From: an uncultured Gammaproteobacteria bacterium
Lineage (GTDB): Bacteria; Pseudomonadota; Gammaproteobacteria; JAKDMP01
Direction: 5' to 3'
DNA: 64,000 nucleotides
Assembly: GCA_964586925.1 (NCBI GenBank)
Contig: CAZPJI010000009.1
Coordinates: forward strand, 3,683-67,682
Positions within the stretch are counted from its first letter, which is position 1. Every line of letters begins with the position of its first letter. This document shows positions 30,843 through 38,481 of the stretch, one piece after another. The position numbers and the translations under genes were made by a program. The notes beneath the pieces are model-generated. The model was given only the letters and a program-made list of their open reading frames with translations. It was not told where the DNA came from and did no database searches.

Positions 30843-31928
30843 TTGAGACAATTGCGTGAACCCGGTGTGGGTTATCCCGTATGGATCGGAAGTGGGAGTG
30901 AGCCCGCGGGTGCGTTGAATACCTTGGCGACTGGGCGTGATGTGATGGTCCTGAGCGATCGCAACGTGGCTCCACACCATCTGGACAACCTGTGCCAGGG
31001 CCTTGACAGTGCGGTGCGGATCGAAAAACTGGTCCTGCCGGCAGGCGAGGACAGCAAGTCGCTCACCGGTTTTTCGCGAGTGCTCGACACGCTCATCGAC
31101 GCTGCATTTCATCGTGATGCCTTGCTGGTAGCGTTGGGGGGCGGGGTGATAGGCGACCTTGGCGGTTATGCAGCGGCTTGCTACCAACGCGGCATTGACT
31201 GGGTCGCGGTGCCGACCACTTTGCTGGCCCAGGTCGATGCTGCGATCGGCGGAAAGACTGCGATCAACCATGCCCAGGGCAAGAACCTTATCGGCGCCTT
31301 CCACGATCCCTTGGCCGTCTGGGCCGATCCCTCGCGCCTGGATAGTCTCGCGACGAGGGAATACCGTTCAGGCATCGCCGAAGTTATTAAGTACGGCCTC
31401 GGCCTGGACGGCGATTTCTTTGCCTGGCTGGAGGAGAATGCCGAAGCACTGGACGGGCGTCGGTCGGACGTGCTCACAACCGCCATCGAGACCAGCGCGC
31501 GCACCAAGTTGAAGGTTGTAGCCGCCGACCGGACGGAGCGTGGGAGCCGTGCCCTGCTCAACTTGGGACATACACTGGGCCATGCACTGGAAACGGCCTT
31601 GGGACACGGTACTTGGTTGCACGGCGAAGCCGTGGCCGTGGGCCTGCTTGTGGCCGCCGAACTTTCAGCACGGCGAGGGACATTGGAGCGGGGATCAGTC
31701 TCGCGGTTACGTGCATTGCTTCAGGCCTTCAACCTGCCCGTGAAATTCCCCGCGGACGTTGACCACGATACTCTCGCACACGCCTTGGAACTGGACAAGA
31801 AAATCCTTTCGGGCCGCTTGCGGTTTATCGGCCTGGAAGCACTCGGCAAGGCGGCTGTCTGGAGCGATGTGGAACAGGGCGAATTCTTCGCAGCGGTCAA
31901 TGCCGCGCAAGAAGCGGGCGCCGGCTGA
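30843..31928 (+). CDS. aroB: 3-dehydroquinate synthase
   Basis: 361 aa. NAD-binding GGGVIGDLGGYAAA and the characteristic AIGGKTAINH. Confidence 0.9.
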   Translation: MRQLREPGVGYPVWIGSGSEPAGALNTLATGRDVMVLSDRNVAPHHLDNLCQGLDSAVRIEKLVLPAGEDSKSLTGFSRVLDTLIDAAFHRDALLVALGGGVIGDLGGYAAACYQRGIDWVAVPTTLLAQVDAAIGGKTAINHAQGKNLIGAFHDPLAVWADPSRLDSLATREYRSGIAEVIKYGLGLDGDFFAWLEENAEALDGRRSDVLTTAIETSARTKLKVVAADRTERGSRALLNLGHTLGHALETALGHGTWLHGEAVAVGLLVAAELSARRGTLERGSVSRLRALLQAFNLPVKFPADVDHDTLAHALELDKKILSGRLRFIGLEALGKAAVWSDVEQGEFFAAVNAAQEAGAG

Positions 31929-31949
31929 TAAAATGCCGCGAATTCGACT

Positions 31950-32675
31950 GTGGTGCGACCGGTGCCAGCCATTGATCCCAGAGACCGATTAATTTTCGCG
32001 CTGGACGTGCCCACGCCCGACGCGGCACGCGCCCTGGTGGACCGGCTCGGCGAAACGGTCAGCTTCTACAAGGTCGGCCTGGAATTGTTCACAGCTGGGG
32101 ATGGCCCGCAGCTGGTGCGCGACCTCAAGGCGGCCGGCAAGAAGGTCTTTGTGGATCTCAAGCTCTTCGACGTCCCTGCGACCGTGGCGCGGGCCGTGTC
32201 CCGACTGGCTGATCTCGGGGCTGATTTCATGACCGTGCATGGCAACCAGGCCATGATGGAAGCCGCGGCCCAAGCCAAGGGCGCGAGCAAGGTGCTCGCC
32301 GTGACGGCCCTGACCAGCCTCGATCAGGGTGACTTGGACGATATGGGCTTCCAGTGCGATATCCCCGCGCTCGTCGCCTCACGCGCCAGACGGGCGCTGG
32401 AAGCCGGGCTGGACGGCGTCGTTGCCTCGGGCCATGAAGCCGCGATGCTGCGTCAAAAGCTGGGCTCCAGACTCATGATCGTGACCCCGGGCATACGTCC
32501 TGTGCTCAATCGCGCCGCGGACGACCAGAAGCGCGTGCTCAGCCCGGCCGAAGCGATCGCGGCAGGTGCCGATTATCTGGTGGTTGGGCGTCCCATCCGC
32601 GACGCCGAAGATCCGTGCGCGGCGGCCAGCGCGATTATTGAAGAAATCAAAGAGGCGGTGTCCCATGCCGGTTAG
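31950..32675 (+). CDS. pyrF: Orotidine 5'-phosphate decarboxylase
   Basis: LIFALDVP and VDLKLFD (catalytic Lys). 241 aa. Confidence 0.85.
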   Translation: MVRPVPAIDPRDRLIFALDVPTPDAARALVDRLGETVSFYKVGLELFTAGDGPQLVRDLKAAGKKVFVDLKLFDVPATVARAVSRLADLGADFMTVHGNQAMMEAAAQAKGASKVLAVTALTSLDQGDLDDMGFQCDIPALVASRARRALEAGLDGVVASGHEAAMLRQKLGSRLMIVTPGIRPVLNRAADDQKRVLSPAEAIAAGADYLVVGRPIRDAEDPCAAASAIIEEIKEAVSHAG

Positions 32676-33717
32676 CAATCATGACTTCCTGTGCGCCTTG
32701 CGGCGCGAACCGGTCAGCCGTCGCCCGGTCTGGATCATGCGTCAGGCGGGCCGTTACCTTCCGGAGTATCGGGCCATCCGTGAGCAGGCCGGGAGTTTCC
32801 TGAACCTGATGCAGACTCCGGAGTTGGCGGCCGAGGTCACGCTGCAGCCGCTGCGCCGCTATGATCTCGATGCCGCGATCATCTTTGCGGACATACTGAC
32901 CATCCCCGACGCCATGGGTCTGGGGCTGAGTTTCGTGGCCGGCGAGGGCCCGCGCTTCGAGCGGACCTTGACGCGCAAGTCCGAGGCCGACGCTCTGCCG
33001 CTGCCCGACCCCGAGCGAGACTTGGGCTATGTGTTGGCAAGCATCAGCACTGTCGCCCGGGAACTGGACGGCAGCAAGCCCCTGATCGGTTTCTCAGGCG
33101 GCCCCTGGACGCTGGCAGCCTACATGCTCGAGGGGCGGTCAGGCGGTGGCGAGTTCAAGCGTGCGCGCGGAGCGTTGCACTCGGATCCCGAGTTGGGCCA
33201 GGCCATCACGGCGCGGCTCGTGCCCGCCATAGCCGATTACCTGATCGCTCAGGCGCGGGCGGGAGCCGATGCCCTGATGATCTTCGAGAGCTGGGCGGGT
33301 TTGTTGACTCCCGACGGTTTTCGGCGATACTGCCTGGAGCCGGTGGCGGCGATCGTGGAACGTCTCAAGGCCGATCCCGACGCACGTGACAAGCCGTTGA
33401 TCGTCTTCCCCAAGGGGGCCCACCAGCATGCCGCGGAACTGTCGCGTCTCGGTTTGGACGCGCTTGGCCTCGACTGGACGGCCAGCCTGGGCGAAATACG
33501 TAAGGCCGCGGAAGGACGGATAGCTTTGCAGGGCAACCTCGATCCCGCGGCCCTGGTTGCGCCCGAGCCGCAACTGCGAGCCGCCGTGCGCGCGGTCATC
33601 GACGACTACGGCCAAGGCCCGGGTCACGTATTCAACCTCGGTCACGGCATCACGCCCGACATCGACCCCGAACAGCTCGCCATCGTCATCGACGAAGTCC
33701 ACAAAAGCGCGGTCTGA
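32665..33717 (+). CDS. hemE: Uroporphyrinogen decarboxylase
   Basis: PVWIMRQAGRYLPEYR is the URO-D signature. The start was trimmed to the ATG at 32665 (MPVSNHDFL), which overlaps the pyrF 3' end by 11 nt. Confidence 0.9.
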   Translation: MPVSNHDFLCALRREPVSRRPVWIMRQAGRYLPEYRAIREQAGSFLNLMQTPELAAEVTLQPLRRYDLDAAIIFADILTIPDAMGLGLSFVAGEGPRFERTLTRKSEADALPLPDPERDLGYVLASISTVARELDGSKPLIGFSGGPWTLAAYMLEGRSGGGEFKRARGALHSDPELGQAITARLVPAIADYLIAQARAGADALMIFESWAGLLTPDGFRRYCLEPVAAIVERLKADPDARDKPLIVFPKGAHQHAAELSRLGLDALGLDWTASLGEIRKAAEGRIALQGNLDPAALVAPEPQLRAAVRAVIDDYGQGPGHVFNLGHGITPDIDPEQLAIVIDEVHKSAV

Positions 33718-33887
33718 AAACTTTCACAAAGACGTCAGGAAAGCGCCTATTCGAAGTTTGCCATGCGCGCTGCATGATGTGATTGCCAGCAAATCCTTGA
33801 CCCGGATTGTGCCTGACCGTAATCGGGTAATCCTGTGACTAGCTTGCCTCGGAACAAGGTAATGCGGGATTCAAAAGATGCGCTCGA

Positions 33888-34166
33888 CTACTTGCGTTCA
33901 GTTCGGTTTATTTCTGACTTAAGGCGGGTGGCAATACGCTTTCTTGCAACTTCGTCAAGCCGGGTTTCTGCGGTTGCTGATTCCAGGACCTTGCGAAAAT
34001 GACCGGATTTCATCCACCGGCGCAGGAGGGCGAGCTGCTTCTTGTATTGCTGACAACCGTCACACATGTGCAGGTGAAGTCGCAGCATAAGCCGGCTATG
34101 CCAACTGATCGGGTGATCCATTTGATCGGATAGGGTGCGGGCCGCTTCGGCGCAGGTCATCATCAC
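33888..34166 (-). CDS. Zinc-finger (zf-HC2/ZAS-type) anti-sigma factor, soluble
   Basis: 92 aa with HLHMCDGCQQY (H-x3-C-x2-C). A 4-nt overlap couples it to the upstream ECF sigma gene. Confidence 0.7.
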   Translation of the reverse strand: MMMTCAEAARTLSDQMDHPISWHSRLMLRLHLHMCDGCQQYKKQLALLRRWMKSGHFRKVLESATAETRLDEVARKRIATRLKSEINRTERK

Positions 34167-34813
34167 GCTTCATTTCCTGTCGATGGTTGGGAGAACCATG
34201 AGCGTTGTATGCAGTCACGCAGTCCGAGACGTGCGCGATGCAGTCTGACCCACAGATTGGATTTGGAAATACCTATGGAATCACAGACCTCATCGCTGTC
34301 CACGTCGTCGATCTCGATCAATCTGATGGCGACCGAAAGCGTTTTTGGAAGACCGTTGATACAGCGCTCGATCATATTCCAGAACTGGTCGTGCTCTACC
34401 ATGCTGTCAGGGTCTTGCCAAATACCCGGCGGCTTCCGCCAGGCACCTGAGCTGTCGAAGTTGCGTTCCAGAAGCGTATCGTTTCCGGGTTCGATTTCGA
34501 TCTGGATTTCGCGTGTGTTATGTCGGAATTGATCGAGTATCTTGTGCTTGAGGATTCCGAACAACCAGGTCTTTTCACTGGATTTGCCTTGATATTTGCT
34601 ACAGGCGTTAAGGGCTGCAAGTAAACATTCCTGTACGGCATCCTCGGCTTGGGTGCGATGGCGCAATCGTGCATACGCATAGCGAAACATTTCATCCCCG
34701 TATCTGTCCAGCCAGCTTTCTGGATCCAGTTCGTTTTCCCGGGAGGCTTTCTCTGGTGAGTCTTTCACAATAGGATCTCCATCTGGAGGAGGAAGGTTGC
34801 CATCGGCATTCAT
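34163..34813 (-). CDS. ECF (sigma-70 family group 4) RNA polymerase sigma factor
   Basis: Region 2 (FRYAYARLRHRTQAEDAVQECLLAALN) and region 4 HTH (SDEVCDSIGISKSNLWVRLHRARLGLRDC). Confidence 0.85.
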   Translation of the reverse strand: MNADGNLPPPDGDPIVKDSPEKASRENELDPESWLDRYGDEMFRYAYARLRHRTQAEDAVQECLLAALNACSKYQGKSSEKTWLFGILKHKILDQFRHNTREIQIEIEPGNDTLLERNFDSSGAWRKPPGIWQDPDSMVEHDQFWNMIERCINGLPKTLSVAIRLIEIDDVDSDEVCDSIGISKSNLWVRLHRARLGLRDCIQRSWFSQPSTGNEA

Positions 34814-35028
34814 GCGGTTTCTTCAGTGCAACGTCTTGCAATGCATTCCGAATGCGTTTCGATAGCCGAAACCATCTTCCTGACCAGTGCGGGGCGAGAG
34901 AATGACGGGTCGTCCATGTAGTTATTCACACTTGCGGCTGAGAATATTAATACCATAAAAACAATGGCGATCACACCTCCTGCAAACAGGAGATACTCCG
35001 CCACTTGTTTGGAATGTCCTCTGAACAT
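34810..35028 (-). CDS. Small single-pass membrane protein (72 aa) translationally coupled upstream of the ECF sigma gene
   Basis: The hydrophobic core LLFAGGVIAIVFMVLIF, then a Cys/His-containing tail (HSECIARRC). An ATGA overlap couples it to the sigma gene. Confidence 0.45.
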   Translation of the reverse strand: MFRGHSKQVAEYLLFAGGVIAIVFMVLIFSAASVNNYMDDPSFSRPALVRKMVSAIETHSECIARRCTEETA

Positions 35029-35111
35029 GTTCCTCTCCTTGAGTTCTGCATTGGATCATCCCTGCCAAGCTTCCGTTGCTCTCCGTTGTGCAAAGCAATG
35101 GAAAGGGGTGA

Positions 35112-36077
35112 TCATCGAGATATTGCCACCTTCGATGCGCTCAAAATGGGGTTTGATCGAGACCGTTTACCTGTGCCGGTAAGCGTCACGTAACCGGCAC
35201 CGAGAATCGCTCCGTACACGAGGCTGAGCACCAGTAAAAGTGCGACGCCTACCCATCCGAAACGCCATGCGAAGAGACCGGCGTGTCCGAGAGGCGCAAC
35301 TGTCAACATAGCGAGCAACCAGGCGCCGAAACCGAATAAGGCACCACGTACGGCTGAGTGGCCCGGGAGGTGCGGATAGAGCCAGGCGAAGGCCAGCCCC
35401 CCGATGACGATTGCCGCAATGAGGAATATCATCCATCCGCCGATAACACCTGTATGGGTGGCTTTGCCGATCAGCATCGCTGGGTCGAGCCCCGGCAATA
35501 CACCGTTTAGTGTCTTGAGCAGCAGGATGGCGCTGAGTGCGGCAGTCGCCATGAATGCGGCGCCTCCGCCGCCCAACCAGCGGTTGAGGTCTGCGTATGC
35601 GAGCGTTGAGTCGGCGGGTTTGAAGCCACTCGGGAAAAGCCGTGTGAGCAAGTGATCCAGAGAGAGCCGGCCCGGGCCGTAAAAGGTCAGTGCCAATAGC
35701 ATGAGTCCCCAGGCTTGGTGGTCCGGGAAACCCGTTGACCAGATGTCGGGGTAAGATGCGACGGCAATGATGTTGTAGACGAACAGGAAACCGGAAACGT
35801 ATCGCCCCATCAGACCGAAAGCCAGAAGCGCCGGAAACACGAGTTCTGCGAAAGTGCCGGTATAAGCGGCGACGGCAGGGCTGAGCAGGGGAGTGTGGTA
35901 GACGTATTTAAACAGCGCAATAGTGCCGGGCATGTCCGCAATTTTGGTCAACCCGGAACGGAAAAAGGCTTCGGCGATCCATAGTCTCATGAGAAGCATG
36001 GCAAGGGGTGTCGAATAGGCGAGCCAAGCGTTCACCCGTTGGGATAATCCCAGTCCGCTTCGTACGATGTTCTTCAT
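35112..36077 (-). CDS. DoxX-family integral membrane protein (bufferin-operon BufD-like)
   Basis: Multiple TM helices. DoxX-like N-terminus (LAMLLMRLWIAEAFFRSGLTKI). The ATG at 36077 with a GGAGA RBS is preferred over 36140. Confidence 0.75.
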   Translation of the reverse strand: MKNIVRSGLGLSQRVNAWLAYSTPLAMLLMRLWIAEAFFRSGLTKIADMPGTIALFKYVYHTPLLSPAVAAYTGTFAELVFPALLAFGLMGRYVSGFLFVYNIIAVASYPDIWSTGFPDHQAWGLMLLALTFYGPGRLSLDHLLTRLFPSGFKPADSTLAYADLNRWLGGGGAAFMATAALSAILLLKTLNGVLPGLDPAMLIGKATHTGVIGGWMIFLIAAIVIGGLAFAWLYPHLPGHSAVRGALFGFGAWLLAMLTVAPLGHAGLFAWRFGWVGVALLLVLSLVYGAILGAGYVTLTGTGKRSRSNPILSASKVAISR

Positions 36078-36862
36078 CTTGATTCTCCGAGTGTCGATGT
36101 GGCGGCGAAGATGCCAGCCGTATGGTGGCGTTGTAAGCACGCCTCAAGGTCGAACGAATCGCTCGATTCTTCGGCGCATGCCAGTGCCGCAGTCAAGCAC
36201 GCCCCGTTCGCGCAGGCGTCGAGAAACACATACTCTCCGGCATCCAGTGCCAGTACCAGAACGTCGTCATGAGGTCGTACGATCAAAACGCGCTCGCTAC
36301 CAGCGTTCAGCGCAGGTGGTTCGCCGGGCTCGTCCTCGAGGCAGTAACGCCACAGCGTCAGGACCGGGTATTGAGACGCCACAAGCCGGACGCTCGGATG
36401 GATCGGCAGCCGTTCGTTGCCGGGGAGAATCGAGGCCGGGTCGAATGGATTGGCGTCGGCCGCGAGCAGCGCTTCCTGTCGTGCCCATTCGAGCCGGGCG
36501 ATGTCGGCCAGATAGGGGATATTTGCCGCCTCGGGAAGGTGAGCCAGAAAATCGGCGAAGCCGGCACCGTATCGATTGAGATCTCCGTACGAGGAAGGAT
36601 GTGCGCCTACGAAACGTTGGGTGGCGCCTTCGAAAAAGTCGTCGCCCACGAGTCGCGCCACGGCGGGGAAGCTCGTAAGCAGGGCATCGGTGAAATTGAG
36701 CAGGTAACTGTTGCGGTACACGGCCATGCGTGCTGCTGGCGTCAGTCCGGCGCCGTGCACCCATTGCAGCACGCGGCTATCTTCGCCGCGAACGTGGCGG
36801 ACAAATTCCTGCTGGGTTTCAAGCAGCGCAGGCACGTGTTCTCTCCAAAATCGACTCGGCAT
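36074..36862 (-). CDS. DUF2063 domain protein (MNIO partner, BufC/MbnC-like)
   Basis: N-terminal DUF2063 signature (LTPAARMAVYRNSYLLNFTDALLTSFPAVARLVGDDFFEGATQRFVGAHPSSYGDLNRYG). It overlaps the 3' end of the DUF692 gene. Confidence 0.8.
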   Translation of the reverse strand: MPSRFWREHVPALLETQQEFVRHVRGEDSRVLQWVHGAGLTPAARMAVYRNSYLLNFTDALLTSFPAVARLVGDDFFEGATQRFVGAHPSSYGDLNRYGAGFADFLAHLPEAANIPYLADIARLEWARQEALLAADANPFDPASILPGNERLPIHPSVRLVASQYPVLTLWRYCLEDEPGEPPALNAGSERVLIVRPHDDVLVLALDAGEYVFLDACANGACLTAALACAEESSDSFDLEACLQRHHTAGIFAATSTLGESR

Positions 36863-37697
36863 GATTTGCTTCGTCCAACAGGGTCTCCAGCGGCGGGATG
36901 TCGCGGTCCCACTCGATCAGGGTCGGTCGCGGTCCCAGGCGCCCGATGGCATGGGTATAAAGATCCCAGACCGGCGTCGCGACGCGCCTGCTGTGCGTGT
37001 CGATGAGTAGGGTCACGCCTTGCACATCTTTGCGAATGTGTCCGGCAAGATGAATTTCCTCGATCGCTTTGACCGGCATCGCGTTCAGATAGTGGTATGC
37101 GTCGAAAGCGTGGTTGACCGCGTTCACGTAGATATTGTTGATGTCGAGCAGAATGCCGCAGCCGCTGCGCTGAGCGAGTTCTGCCAGAAATTCCCATTCC
37201 GGGATGATTGAGTCTGTGAATTCAAGGTAGCTGGATACGTTCTCGATCAGGATTCGCCGGCCGAGAAATTCCTGCGTCTGCTCGACGCGTTCAACGATGT
37301 GGGTAAGCGCCTCCGCCGTATAGGGCAGGGGCAGGAGGTCGTTAAGGTGTACGCCTCCGGCAGCACCCCAGCATAGATGCTCGGAAACCAGGCCGGGAGA
37401 AAACCGATCGACCAGGGACTTTAATTGTGCAAGATGCATGTCGTCGAGCGGGTCCGTCGAGCCCAGTCCCAGGCCTACCCCATGCAGGCTCAGCGGGTAC
37501 TCGCAACGCACTTTTTCCAACAGTCGCAATGTCGGACCACCGGCGGCAAAAAAGTTTTCGCTATGGACTTCAATGAAACCAACTGCCGGTCGACGCTCAA
37601 GTAGTTGGGAGTGATGCGGCGGCCTGAGGCCGATCCCGGCGTGTGCCGGGATCGACTCCAGTGCCGGACACGAATGCTGTCGCGCCGGGGATGACAT
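36819..37697 (-). CDS. DUF692 / MNIO (multinuclear non-heme iron-dependent oxidase, MbnB/BufB-like; TIM-barrel)
   Basis: GIGLRPPHHSQL...VGFIEVHSENFFAAGG...YPLSLHGVGLGLGS...VSEHLCW...DLLPLPYT...RRILIENVSSYLEF matches the HI1600/MbnB family consensus. Confidence 0.85.
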   Translation of the reverse strand: MSSPARQHSCPALESIPAHAGIGLRPPHHSQLLERRPAVGFIEVHSENFFAAGGPTLRLLEKVRCEYPLSLHGVGLGLGSTDPLDDMHLAQLKSLVDRFSPGLVSEHLCWGAAGGVHLNDLLPLPYTAEALTHIVERVEQTQEFLGRRILIENVSSYLEFTDSIIPEWEFLAELAQRSGCGILLDINNIYVNAVNHAFDAYHYLNAMPVKAIEEIHLAGHIRKDVQGVTLLIDTHSRRVATPVWDLYTHAIGRLGPRPTLIEWDRDIPPLETLLDEANHAESILERTRACAA

Positions 37698-38008
37698 CAG
37701 CCGGCGTTACCGGGTGTGGTGCTGCCGCCCGCGATCTTATGACATAGCCCCGCCGGAACGAGCAGAAATGCGCTCGGATCGCGGGCCTTTTTATCCTGTC
37801 CGGCGCAGGAGTGCCCCGGCGATTGGCAATCGTTCTTGAAGGCCGCGTTGATGCCGTAGCATTTTTCCATGCTGGTGCTGGTGGGCATTGTTTTCATCGC
37901 GTGTGCCTGGCTCATGTTGCCGGCAAAAGCGCCTTGAGTGCCCGCAAGAGTGCTTGCCGCGACGAGGCTGGCAAGGGCCGATTTGATGACGAGTGAACGT
38001 TTATCCAT
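37697..38008 (-). CDS. DUF2282-type Cys-rich secreted precursor peptide (bufferin BufA-like)
   Basis: 104 aa. Sec signal peptide (MDKRSLVIKSALASLVAASTLAGTQGAFA), then a core with four Cys in the conserved pattern EKCYG-x8-NDC-x5-HSCAG-x17-GLC. RBS GGAGA ahead of the ATG at 38008. An ATGA overlap couples it to the MNIO gene. Confidence 0.75.
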   Translation of the reverse strand: MDKRSLVIKSALASLVAASTLAGTQGAFAGNMSQAHAMKTMPTSTSMEKCYGINAAFKNDCQSPGHSCAGQDKKARDPSAFLLVPAGLCHKIAGGSTTPGNAG

Positions 38009-38079
38009 GAAAATATCTCCAATAAATACAAGTACATAAAAGTCACAACCCGCTTTGTTATTGGGATGCAACTGCGAGT

Positions 38080-38107
38080 TAGTCGGGTGAAAGATAGATT
38101 CCTTACA
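38080..38107 (-). promoter_or_regulatory. Candidate ECF-type promoter (GTAAGG-N15/16-CGAC) about 70 nt upstream of the precursor gene
   Basis: The reverse complement reads tGTAAGGaatctatctttcaccCGACtaac. It resembles the GTAACC-N16-CGAA class of ECF promoters. This is inference only. Confidence 0.3.
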
Positions 38108-38481
38108 AAAATTCCACTGCATGGCAGATTTAGAGGAACAACAGGGGATGCTCACCCCTCGCCCTTTTCATAAGAGACTGTTTTCTCCGCCGGATGGCAT
38201 AAGGACTATTTAGCCCGGTGGGGCTGAGGGCTACCTGGACCGTTCCCGGCTTTCAGGCACGGCCAAGTGAACGATAGTCTTGGGGGCGCGGGGGGATGAA
38301 TAAGTTGGCCGTGGGCTTTGCGACAGTAACCCGAGAAGAGTCGTTCGCTGATCCGCCAGGACGGATCTCGAGGGTTATGGAGTACCAGTCAAGTGTTTTC
38401 TTTTGCGCCTTCGCGAGCTGCATTCCTTGCCGGCCTATCACCGGGTCGTCAGCGTCGAGGGCCGGGTCGCTGCCTTCCTGC

